In this document: positions 51,901-64,000 of the stretch, piece after piece
Position numbering within the stretch: the stretch's first letter is position 1
How the letters are laid out: each line of letters starts with the position of its first letter
NCBI RefSeq assembly: GCF_009914755.1
Contig: NC_060944.1
Direction: 5' to 3' (one strand)
DNA from: the human T2T-CHM13v2.0 reference genome, Homo sapiens
DNA length: 64,000 bases
The notes under the pieces: model-generated
What the model saw: the letters and a program-made list of their open reading frames with translations, nothing else
What the model was told of the DNA's origin: nothing
Databases searched by the model: none
Made by a program: the position numbers and the translations under genes

Positions 51901-53500
51901 TTTGTTTCAGTTTTTGTGTTTCTTGAGAAGGTTACAGTTCTTTTACAGCCATGTTGTAAAAGAAGTTAAAAGTCTAATTGAATAAAAGTAAAACAAACAT
52001 CCACAGTGCTAAATAAAGCTGAGGCTAGCGCACTGCCAGCCTCCGATATCAGAAGCAGCCAGAGGCATCGAAGAGTTGAATTTCTGTGGGTCAACTGGGG
52101 CCAAAATCACTGCATAAGTGGCAGAGTGCCGCAGAGTTCCCCATCAACAGTACAGAAAAAGAAAGAATTCACCCAGAATGAAACACGACCACCAGATAAT
52201 CCCCTCCTAGTTCCAAGCAAGAGGAGCTGCCCCAGAGCAACTTTGAATGTGGATATTATGGCCCTGTGCACCGCGGGTGAGGGGAGTCAGGCCGGGACAT
52301 CAAACGGAGACCCCCCAGGGACCGCTCTCTACGCTACACACAGGTCAGAGATTAGCCCTGGGCTCCGCGTTGCTAAGGAGCTTAGCAGTAGTAGGCTTGA
52401 CATGGAAGTAAATCCAGGGCACACACCTCGCATGGCTTAGTGAGGAGAGAGAGAAACGCTGCAAGACCGAGGCTCTGTTGACAATCTGCACACTGCAGCT
52501 GCCTCTGCGAGCTCTTGGTGTCTCGCCCCTCCTCACAGGGTCTAGATCAAGCTCGCACCATCCCTCACTCTGAGGCTGGGGCAGCTTCGGTCTGAGCAAC
52601 TTGGTTCATTCACAGAGGCAGGGAGGCTCCTGCGTTCACTGCCCCTAGCAGGGAAAACATGTCAGGTCATCGGCCCCCACCAAACCCCTGCCTGACTTCC
52701 TCCACAATGTGTCCCACATTGACACACCTCGACCCCCGAACCCGTGTCAGGAGACGTAAGACAGAAGTGGAGACAGCTGCACCGCCTGGGCGGAGAAGCT
52801 GTTGCCATTTTCAGGAGGAAACGGCTAACTCAAGGGAGACTCTGTCTAAATGTACTAATGCTTCAGACGACATTTGCTTTCCGTACATCACCATTTTACT
52901 CCACAGAGAAGCTAATCAGATTGCCGAAGGAGAAAATAAACCAGGGCCTATTAATTAGCTTAAATATAAGTTTTGAACTATAATATTTAGCAAGTTGAAT
53001 TCTAAAGTGGAGAGGCCAAATAGAAAATAATATCTGCTATTTCTCAGAGGCTAAAATGTTGTTGTTTCTCAAAGTCAAAACACAATAGGATTTTTGAGAT
53101 CTGCTTTAAAAGAACCGAGGGAAGGCAGCATAGCAAAGAAGAGGAGATGAGAAGACTGGCCCTGTGTGGATCATTTTTGGATCTGGGGGATGAAGGCAGG
53201 GGCCTTAAAGCTTTCCCGTGAGCCAATGTGTCACACTTTGCTGGTTTCCTTTCCTCCTGCTCCCAATAGGCTGAGAAGCTCAATATCTTATGACATGAAT
53301 AGGATAGACCCCAAGTCTTAAGGAATGGCCACAACTGTCCCAAAACCATCAGCCTCAAGTCATCTGCCTGCCATATGTTTGGTGCAGAGTTGAGACATAC
53401 AACCTGGAGACGTGGCAAGTGAGAAGGGCTCAATGACTAATTAATCAGGACAATCGGGATTGTTCCAGGGAGACCAGGCCATGACCTGGTCATGGTGTGG

Positions 53501-53639
53501 GGACCCCCCCCATGACCTGAGCTGACGGAAGCAAGGACCCCACCCATGACCTGAGCTGACGGAAGCAAGGACCCCACCCATGACCTGAGCTGACTGAAGC
53601 AAGGACCCCATCCATGACCTGAGCTGACTGAAGCAAGGA
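53501..53639 (+). repeat. 34-bp tandem repeat, ~4.1 copies
   Basis: Unit ggaccccacccatgacctgagctgac(g/t)gaagcaa at 53501, 53535, 53569, 53603. Confidence 0.95.
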
Positions 53640-54590
53640 GTATCTCAGGCCCTTGATTCAAGAGGCTCGCTCATGCCCTTTCCTCTCTGTCAATGAGAAA
53701 GCGCCTGGGTTGCCAGCAGCAGCCATCAGAATCCAGCATGGGAAGGAGCCCAGAGAAACTGACCAGAGTTCTAACTAAGCTGCGGCGGAAGCCCGCCCCG
53801 CTGCTGAATCTTCCAGGCATGTGGGCCAATACCTCCCTCCACTTTTTAAGCATTTGTGAGATGCATTTCCGGCTCCTTCCCCAACAGGACCTGCGAGTTG
53901 GCTCTCATATACCCCAGAGGAGCAGGTGTCATTTCAGAGCCTCCTCGAGGTCATTCTTTCTCAGGTTAAGCATTTTTCCTCTGAATGGGACACCTTAGCA
54001 ATCACCCATAAACTTTGTTGTGATGTTCCTACAAATTTGTTCCATACGTGTTGTTTTGTTCTTCAAGTGCCTGGTGGATGATAAGGTCAGTGGCTACCCC
54101 TTCTAATTCTTCTCCTTGTCCTCAGGGCTTCCCAGTGCACTCTGGGCAGCCACTGACTAATTAAATCATCCCACAAAGGTATCCTGCATGACACACAATG
54201 CTGACCCTAAATGCGAACTCCTGGGTAGGCATTCAAGAGAGGGACCAGGTCTGACATTTCTCAGCATCAGGACTCGGCACCTATTCTAAAGCTTTTTTTC
54301 CCAAAGGTGTGCTGTACTAATTCAGAGGCTTTGCTCATATGTTTCTAAGCAAACATGGAAGGAACCTGGTCAGCTTGCAAATGGACAAGGCCCTCCCCAG
54401 TCCTGATGTGGTGATGCAGCCTGGCTACACCCTCCAGGCTCATCAGGAATGACAGCTTTGCCCTGTGGGAGTTCTGCGGGTGCTTAAGGACCAGGACACA
54501 AAGCTGCAAGTGCCCAGCGACAGTCATCTTCGCCTATGCATGGTATCTATTTTTGTCTTCTAGTTTCTTAATTTCAATTCTTTGGGCCTA

Positions 54591-54606
54591 TTCCCTCTCT
54601 CTCTCT

Positions 54607-54658
<52 letters not shown>

Positions 54659-54700
54659 TCTCTCCCCTCATCCGCCCCCCACTTCCCACCCTCTCTCTCT
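54591..54700 (+). repeat. (CT)n polypyrimidine tract
   Basis: ctctctctc... with few interruptions. Confidence 0.92.
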
Positions 54701-56711
54701 AACTTCAGTTGGGTTTTGAACTTGGTAACTATCCTGTAGCCCCTCTTGGAGTACACAGTTGAGTAAGGCTGAATACACACAGTTTGGACAATCACATATG
54801 TTAATTCAGGGATTCCTTAACCTACCAATTGTCACCAATCCAGCAATGGCTGACCTAACTGCTGACACTTGAAGCTTGCTTGTTCACCACAAAGGCCACG
54901 ATTAAACCTAAAGTGAGCTGTGGGGGTTTATTCAAATTCTCTCTTCAATGCTGCACCCCCTTCCCAGTGAAATTAAAAAATAGGCATAGCTTACTGCTTC
55001 AGCAGCATTATGTAGCACGCCAGGGACAGCTGGGCTCAGAAAAATGCCAACAAGCTTGTAAGATGGTTTCCAATTTGCCAGCAAGGAGGTCCCTGAGGGG
55101 ACCCACGCACGACTCTTTCCTCTCCTAGATCTTTGCCATTCCTGAGAGCCCTGCCTGGGCACCTTCAAGGTTTCCTTACCCACCTTATGAAAGAACCAAC
55201 GGCTTCTTTTGTTACTAGTTAGACATTCATACCCAATAATAGAGCTCTCTGCAAAGTGCACAGTGATGGTGCTCCCACTGAATTCTGTTATTAACGCAGC
55301 CGTGCAATGTCATCAAAGGTGTAATTCAGGGCTGCCTTGGATGAAAAGGAATTTCAAAGGCAGCTTTCTCTGGCTGACTTCTTTGAATCTACTTGTAAAA
55401 AATCAGAACTTGATTCCAAGCTTGTTGCGGGGATGGCAAATTAATGAACTGTCCTCATGTCACTAAAGACTTAGCTCAGAACTCAGGTTACAGGAGGATT
55501 GGGTTTTTATTAGCTGCTTTCCTGGGAGCTCTTGCAATTCCAGCCTTTTATTGTTGCCTGGGAGGGTGTTGTATGAAGCTGATGAGTGTTTGCTGCAAAA
55601 AGCTTAAGTATAATCAGAGATTAAGTCGTTTCTCCCTCTTCCACTCTTCCTTTTCCACAGTCAAAGGAATCAGGAAGGCAGAATTCAAGTGAAAACCTAG
55701 CAGTGCATAATTCTTAAATGCAATAGTTAAAAGCCCATAATAAGTACAGCAGCTATTAGATGGGTGCTTTTCACAAAAGGTTCTGATGCTTGTCTCTCCT
55801 TTGAAAGGATCTGCTCCTTCAAATCTGACTTAGGGGATATTCAATCAGCATGAATACCTCCAAGGTACTTTCACCATAAGGATAGTTGTCAACTCTTTCC
55901 CACAAAGCAAGACGTTTACAATATATTTACGCGGGAGTCCACATGGAGGGGGCTTGAATATGTTCTTGAATATGTTCATTGTGCTTCCTTCAAAGTGGCG
56001 TGATGAGGAATCAGAGGACGTTTTATAAGACGGGAAGAAGGCAATTTGGCTTCATGTGACACCTTTCATGCTCAAAGAATCCCAACAGCGAAATACTCAT
56101 GAAGAATAAAATGCTTACACTTTGTAAGTGAGAGAGTGGAGTTGCGGCAATGAGGCTGGAAATGGAAAAGAGCTCAAACCAAGCACGAGTTGGAACCAAA
56201 CTTTAGCTAGGTCTCCAGGCAATTGAGATCCCAGCATGCGGCGGCAATTGAGACGAGGAGGATCTTTTCAGATGTCTTAAGTGGCCGAAGTGAAGCCCCT
56301 CCAGAGCTGCTGTGGTTGACGATCACCCTGCCGCCAGCTGCTTCCTTCAGGTGCAGTGGCCCAATCTGTCCCTTGTTTTTATTTACTCGAAGTGGTCATT
56401 TTTCCTGCCTTGGCCTGCTTTCAAATTTATAATTCAAAGAAAATCATGACAATAAGAACATGTTCTGTTTGTCTAGTCACTGATAATTTCACCATGACTA
56501 TCACTTTTGGGTTTTCTGTTGGTCCTAGTTTCTAAGGATGAATAATTTTACAGAGTCACCCTCCTGGCTTGGACAGGATTCTGTGTTCTGTTTTCTCACT
56601 TGTCTTTGGTCACCTCCGTCTCTTGCCTCCATTTGCCTACATTTTAAGGGTGCAAACTATCAAGGGGCCAGGTCGCCGTTTTGTCCCATATTCTGCTACT
56701 GTTGAAACTTT

Positions 56712-57030
56712 AGGTTCATTCATTTATTCATTCACTTAAAAAATGCTTATTGAGCACCTACTCTGAATTAAAGAGATAAAGATGCTGAGATATAAAGGTT
56801 TTCATTGGGCATGAGGATTAAAAAATGAATAGTGAGTGAACTTTATTCTATGTCCCAAGGTGAGAGGTTACTGGAAAAGTCAACAACAGCAGTGGAGGAG
56901 GAAGGTAGGTGTGTGGAGGTGGAGAGGGGAGTCTGCGGCTTCAAAGTGTGCAGCGTGGTGGGCCTCCTGGAGAAGGTGATGTGGGCCAAGACAAGGAGGT
57001 GAGCGAGGAAGCCACACTTAGGGGAGGAAG
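56712..57030 (-). mobile_element. L2 fragment
   Basis: ttcattcatttattcattcac...gcttattgagcacctact. Confidence 0.6.
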
Positions 57031-57109
57031 GCTCCAGGTGGTGTGGACATGGAATATAGTCTCTGGGTGGCCAGGCTGGTCTAGGGGAGGGTCGGCAGGG
57101 GGGCCAGCT

Positions 57110-57385
57110 TGGGGGTGGCTCCTAATCATTGCTAGTCAGGCAGCTTCTTCTTTGGGATGGATTCCTGGGAGCCAAATCATTGGGTCTAAGGTTGTTTATA
57201 TTTTTATGGTTATTTTTATGTGTAGTCAAATTATTCCTGCAAGGGCCTGTACCAATGTATACTGCTACCAGCAATTTATGATTATAGCACAGGATAACCC
57301 CAATAGCATTAACTATTACAGTTTTTAAAATATGTTAATGTAATAGATTTTAATAGTTTCTCATTGTTATTTTACTCTATTTTAA
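57110..57385 (-). mobile_element. Old L1 (L1ME) fragment
   Basis: ttctttgggatggattcctggga...ttgggtctaagg...tgtaccaatgtatactgctaccagcaa. Confidence 0.65.
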
Positions 57386-57492
57386 AAGGGTGAACCTTTT
57401 GTCACTATTACCAACATCACGGCAGCACAGAAATGGTCCCTTCGTAATTCTCAGCCATTTCCTTGAATTGTCATTGACTCGTTTATTTAAAG

Positions 57493-57978
<486 letters not shown>

Positions 57979-58513
57979 CTTTAAAAGAATATTTATTAAA
58001 GATCTACCATGCACTAGTGTCCCAGGGTGTTGAAGCCTTGATGTTGGTCTCAGTCATTTGTTAAGTAGATAGATATTAATTTACTACCATGATGTTAGTC
58101 TGAGTAGTTTGTTAAGCAAGTAGATACTAACTTATTGCCTTTTACATGAATTCCAAATGTTCTCCAGTATGTTTATCTTCTATTTCAGTTATTATTTCTA
58201 ATTTTAGAAATTTTAATTTGTGGATAATTGACCTTTTTTTTTCTTTTTAGTTTATCTTCTATTTCAAAATGAGGAAGACAGGGCACATCTGACGATAAGA
58301 CTCTCGGATCTCCTGCTGATGGGTTTTAGTGATACTTGGAAAGACGCTTACTGCTATGCTCAAGTCTCCAGGAAAATGATTCCCAATTCTGAGAGGTACA
58401 GATTGCTGAATGGACTTGGATGCATTCTTAGGTTCAGTAAGAATGTTTCTTCCAAAAACCCACATATATACACCCTCACAGTCCAATTTCACATGAAGCA
58501 GTTCCAAAAGAAA

Positions 58514-58531
58514 CTGCTGCTGCTGCTGCTG
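58514..58531 (+). repeat. (CTG)6
   Basis: ctgctgctgctgctgctg. Confidence 0.85.
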
Positions 58532-59319
58532 TGGTTGTTCAGTGATAACCTGCTTCACCAAACAAAAATGTTCTTCCTGTTCTCCATCCTCCATTAACAC
58601 CATGTTAATAGAAAATTTGACCATTGTAACTTTCCCTCTTTTAAATTAAAGGATGCGTGTACACATGAGAAACGAGGTTGAGGTTGACTTTCATGACAGT
58701 GCAAAAGGGTTATCAATACTAATAAAATGTGTGAACAGGAGGAAGTCCAAACTGAGATACCACTTTTGGTGACACAGTGTCTTAGGTGAGTTGGAAATTA
58801 GGTCAGGTCATTTTATTTCAAGTCTTCTGCCCATATTTCGCAGGAGTGCTTCAGGACCCAGATGTCACAGAAGGGGCCACGCTGGGCAGGGTTTACCCTG
58901 TACACCCTCCCCAACTGCACAGGCTTCTCTGTGCAACTTGAGGCAGGGATATGGGGGACAGTGTGAGGGGTCTCTGTGGAACAATCAGGGATGGTGGGGT
59001 GCTGGCTCACTGCCCTGGGTATCAAAATGTGACACTGCTGTGGAGGGGTACGCTAGCAGGCTTTCGAGTCACCCTCTGGTGGCTGGTTTTCATGGGGCCC
59101 CATCTCTGGGGTCCTGGACTGCCAAATTTACTCTCTGGCAAGAGGCCCATGCCATGCCCATGCTGGTGTGAATGACACACATGCTTCCTTGACTCTGCCC
59201 ACTGTGTCTAAAAATTCACAGGTTGTGGAGTCTCTGCCACTCTGCCTCCAATTGGCCAGTCTTCAGCTGCCCTGGGGAGGTTTTCAGTCCAGGTTGGGAT
59301 GGGAAATGATGTCTCTACA

Positions 59320-61392
59320 AATATTATTAAATTGATACATAATAATTGTATATATTCGTGGGGTACATGTAATATTTTGATACCTGCATGCAATGTGTGA
59401 TGATCAAATCAGGGTAATTATGATATCCATCACCTCAAGTATCTGTCATTTATTTGTGTTGAGAATATTTCAGATCTTCTCTTCTAGCTGTTTTGAAATC
59501 TATAATAAATTATTTTTGTAACTATAGTCACCCTACTGTGCTATCAAAAACTAGAACTTAATTATTTCATCTAACTGTATTTTTGTACCCATTAACCATG
59601 CTCTCTTTATCTCCTTCTGCCCCCTTCCAGCCTCTGGTAACCATCATTCTACTCTCTACCTCTATGAGATCAGTGTTTTTAGTTCCCACATATGAGTGAG
59701 AACATGCGACATTAGCCCTTCTGTGCCTGGTTTGTTTCACTTGACATAACCTCAAGTCCCAACCATGTTGCTGCATATGACAGGATTTTATTACTTTACA
59801 TGGCTGAATAGTATTCCATTGTGTATATGTACTACACTTTCTTTATTCATTTGTCTGTTGATGGACACTTAGATTGATTCCATTTTTTGGTTATTGTAAA
59901 TAGTGCTACAATGAATGGGAATGCGGCTATCTCTTTAATATACTGATTTCCTTTCTTTTGGATATCTATTCAATAGTGGGATTACTAGAGCATACGGTAG
60001 ATCTATTTTTAGTTTTTTGAGGAACCTCCATCCTGTTTACTGTGGTGGCTGTACTAATTTACACACCCACCAGCAGTGTTCGAGTGTACTAGCATTCCTC
60101 TTTCTCTGCATCCTCACCAACATCTGTTATTTTTGGTCTTTTGGTAGTAGGCATTTTAATTGGGATGAGATGATATCTCATCATGCTTTCAACTTGCATT
60201 TCCCTGATTAGTGATGCTGAACATTTTTTGTATATCTGTTAGCCATTTGTATGTCTTCTTTTGAGAAATATCTATTCAGATCATTTGCCCATTTTTAAAT
60301 CATTTGCCCATTTTTAATCAAACTATTTGTGGGCTTTTTGTTTGTTTGTTTGTTTTGCTATTTAGTTGTTTGAGTTCCTTATATATTCTGGATAATAATC
60401 CCCTGTCAGATGACAGTTTGCAAATATTTTCTCCTATTTGGTAGGTTGCGTTGTCACTCCATTGCTTGTTTCTTTTGCTGGGCAGAAGCCTTTTAGTTTG
60501 ATGTAATCTCATTTGTCTATTTTTGCTTTTGTTGCCTGTGCTTTTGATTTCCCACCCAGGAAATCTTCGCCATGACCAATGTCCTAGAGTGTTTCTCCAG
60601 TGTTTTCTTCTAGTAATCTTATAGTTTCAGGTCTTTCACTTAAGTCTTTAACCCATTTTGATTTGATTTTTGTATATGGTTTAAACCATCTTAAGATGGA
60701 GAGCTCTCATGTGCATATGAATATCCAGTTTCTCCAGCATTACTTCTTAAAAATATTGTGCTTTCCTCACTGAATGTTCTTCATTGAAAATACATGATGG
60801 GCTGTAAATACATGAAAATACACAGTAGGCTGTAAATACATGGATTTATTTCTGGGTTCTCTATTCTGTTCCATTGATCTATGTGTCTGTTTTTAATGCC
60901 AATATGATGTTGTTTTGGTTACTATAGCTTTGTTGTATATGTTGGCCTTGGATAGTGTAATGCCTCAAGGTTTTGCTGTTTTTGCTCAGGATTGTCCCAT
61001 TCAGGGTCTTCTGTGGTTCCATATGAATTTTAGGATTGCTTTTTCAGTTTTTGTGAAAAAAAAGTCCTTGGTTATTTGATAGGGATTGCATTGAATCTGT
61101 AGATCAGTTTTGGTAGCATGGTGATTTCCACAGCATTAATTCTTTCAATCCATGAACATGGGATGTCTTTTCATTTTTCTTGTGAGCACTTTAATTTATT
61201 TCAGCAGTGTTATATAGTTTTTCTTGTGGAGATCTTTTACCTCCTTGGCTAAATTAATTTATAGGGTTTTTCTTTGTAGCTATTGTAATTATGTTGCTTT
61301 CTTGATTCCTTTTTCTGCTATTTAACTGCTAGTATATAGAAATACTACTGATTTTTGTATGTTAATTTTGTATCCCGCAACTTTACTGAAAT
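59320..61392 (-). mobile_element. L1MA (MA3-5-like), ~2.1 kb 3' portion
   Basis: tggggtacatgtaatattttgatac...atcaaatcagggtaatt; continuous L1 ORF2 antisense to ctttactgaa. Confidence 0.93.
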
Positions 61393-61507
61393 CTGATATC
61401 AATATGTTCCACAGGGAAAATGCGTATGGCCAGGAAATAACAAACTGATGCTATGATCCCATTGCCTTTCTGTATCTAAATATTTACAAAACAAGGCTCA
61501 AGAGATC

Positions 61508-61688
61508 ACTTTCTCTGAGCCATGTGAAGACACAGCAAGAAGGTGGCAAGCCAGGATGCACTCACCAGGAACCAAATGTGTTGGCACCTTGATGTTAGAT
61601 TTCCAGTCCCAAGACTTGTGAGAAATAAATGTCTACTGTTTCAGCCACTCAGTCTGTTTTGTTACAGCAGCCCAAGAAGACTAATACA
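61508..61688 (+). mobile_element. MLT1A/MSTD-like LTR, 3' half
   Basis: ccatgtgaagacacagcaagaaggtggc...gtgagaaataaatgtctactgttt...gcagcccaagaagactaataca. Confidence 0.85.
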
Positions 61689-61785
61689 TTCCCTTTTAAG
61701 CACAACTTTTGTTTAATCAAGAATACGTTATTGAGTTATTAGATGAAGATATTCAGCAAAAGAACATATAACCAAAGATTCTAAC

Positions 61786-62045
61786 CTTTGGGAGGTTGAG
61801 GCAGGAGAATTGACTGAAGCCAGGGGTTCCAGACCAACCTAGGCAGCATTGCAAGACCCTGTCAGAAAAAATAAAAATAAAAAGTTAGACAGGCATAGTG
61901 GCATGCATCTCTGGTCCCAGCTACTTGGGAGGCTGAGGAGGGCAGATAGTTTGAGCCCAGGAGTTCAAGGATGCAGTGGCTGTGATCAGACCATTGCACT
62001 CCAGCCTGGGTGACAGAGTGAGCCCCTGTCTCAAAACAACAAAAA
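61786..62045 (+). mobile_element. Alu (AluJ), 5'-truncated
   Basis: ctttgggaggttgaggcaggag...tttgagcccaggagttcaagg; probable TSD aaagattc. Confidence 0.9.
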
Positions 62046-62991
62046 GATTCCCACCACAGCTGTAACCTCAGCCCCTGCCTATCCCAGTGCTTGGCTCATC
62101 AAAAGCACTCAACAAATGTCTGTTGACTGCATTAATGATTAAATGATACCATAGAGTATTCACGCATCAAAGAAAACCTTTTTAATAATGTGACCTGCAA
62201 CGTGTGTTCTCTCTTCTCTTTTCCCTGCAGAGCATATCTGTGACAGAAAGTTAAGTATATTTTACAACATGGTCTGTTTGACAAGTTCAATTTCATTTTA
62301 TAAGCCAACTGATTTGTTGTGGAAAGTTGTGAGGCAAATGGTTCTCCCAGGAAAGGGAGGTTGCCAAGCGCTGTGCTTGCCTCCACTGCATGGCACATTT
62401 GTCAACCCCCTCTCATTCTCAGCAAGTCAAAAGGCATCCCAGGCCCTCAGCCTGACCCCAGCATTCAGCTGGACAGAGGCTGGGTTCCTGCCAGCTCTCC
62501 ATGAACTCACACATGGCAGACAGGCCTGGTGGTCAAAGGGAGAGGCCAATGTGCAATCGAGACGGGGAATCCTGGGGATGCTGAGAACTGTCTCATCCTC
62601 ACTCCTGTGGACACAGCTCTGTGTATTCAACGAGCCTCCTTGGAAATGTGTGACTTGCTTGTCTTCTCAGTGAGCACACTTCCTGCAAAAGGAAGCATCA
62701 GTCAGAGGCATGCAGGACTTGGTGTTCTTTCTGACAACACAAGCACAAGTGCAGCTTGCCCTTAGTTCTGTGAAGCAAAATCAGCATGAAATAATGATTT
62801 TAGGGGACCATACCACAATATTTTTAATATCTAGCTCCTTTTGTTGGGTCTCAAATCTGAAAGAAAGATCTGAATTCTGGGTCTTCCTTGTTGAGAGAGA
62901 GAGAGAGTGTTGAGGGGTGGGTGTGACTTTTAGCATATATTTTAAAGAATCACCTTACTTGCCAGAATAAATAAAAGCATGATTATGGTGA

Positions 62992-63332
<341 letters not shown>

Positions 63333-63407
63333 GACACCAAAGCCCTGAGCCACAGGGTCAGCTCCTAGGTGAGGGGAACCTGGGATGGCCAAGAACCCCT
63401 GGATTCT

Positions 63408-63425
63408 TTTATATATATGTGTGTG

Positions 63426-63476
<51 letters not shown>

Positions 63477-63671
63477 TTTAAGTTCTAGGGTACATGTGCA
63501 CAGTGTGCAGGTTTGTTACGTATGTATACATGTGCCGTGTTGGTGTGCTGCACCCATTAACTCATCATTTACATTAGGTATATCTCCTAATGCTATCCCT
63601 CCCCCCTCCCCCAACCCCATGACAGGCCCCGGTGTGTGATGTTCCCCATCCTGTGTCCAAGTGTTCTCATT
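63408..63671 (-). mobile_element. L1PA (PA3-5-like) 3' end with (TA)22 in the tail
   Basis: ctttaagttctagggtacatgtgcac...; 17-bp TSD AAGAACCCCTG(G/C)ATTCT at 63391-63407 and 63672-63688. Confidence 0.95.
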
Positions 63672-64000
63672 AAGAACCCCTGCATTCTGTTAGCAAGATT
63701 ATGTCTCCAGCTCCACTGGTGCTGTCCTTAGAGATTCCAAGGCATGAGTCTAGACTCTTCCAGACTTCGAGCCCTCAGCACCACCCTGGAAAAGACCACA
63801 GAGCCACAGATTCCAAGGCTGGGAAAGTTCTTAGTCTCTGGCCCCTCTGCCCCACCAGGAACATTCCAGAGTAGAGTTCATTCCACAGATATATACCCAG
63901 TCCCCGCCACATGCCAGGCACTGGGCTTGGCTAGGGTCAAGGTGGATGATAGAGACGCCAACATTTCCTGGGTACTCACCCAATGCCAGGTAACACAGCT

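Noticed and set aside
58259-58624. ORF with a polyQ stretch
   Set aside because: The Q run comes from a (CTG)6 microsatellite; no other coding evidence

Overview
Primate (human-like) non-coding genomic DNA, intergenic or deep-intronic. I find no credible protein-coding exon, RNA gene, CpG-island promoter or CRISPR array. The ORF track is essentially chance ORFs, repeat-derived ORFs and low-complexity ORFs. The only recognisable protein remnants are dead transposon sequence: L1 ORF1/ORF2 and two hAT transposase dimerisation-domain fragments. A large part of the window is recognisable interspersed repeat: Alu J/S/Y, L1PA/PB/MA/MB/MC/ME, L2, MIR, MaLR LTRs (THE1, MST, MLT1), ERVL LTRs (MLT2A, MER21, LTR33, LTR16-like) and hAT DNA elements (Charlie3/MER1, MER20, MER5A, MER58A, MER63, MER53), with several nested insertions. 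The most distinctive structures are: (i) a ~1.83 kb, ~33-copy 56-bp minisatellite with an exact 4-unit higher-order duplication, whose unit carries a T-box (TCACACCT), an ETS (ACTTCCTG) and E-box motifs; (ii) a 281-nt pure-purine mirror-symmetric microsatellite; (iii) a 34-bp x4 repeat rich in nuclear-receptor half-sites; (iv) two short local templated duplications; (v) a TSD-flanked monomeric left/right chimeric Alu; and (vi) TE-poor unique blocks that are candidate conserved enhancers. Repeat subfamily names come from recalled consensus sequences, and boundaries are approximate unless a TSD is given. I cannot assign the locus, and I do not see evidence for a genuinely new biological system. 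The minisatellite as a copy-number-variable regulatory array is the best candidate.
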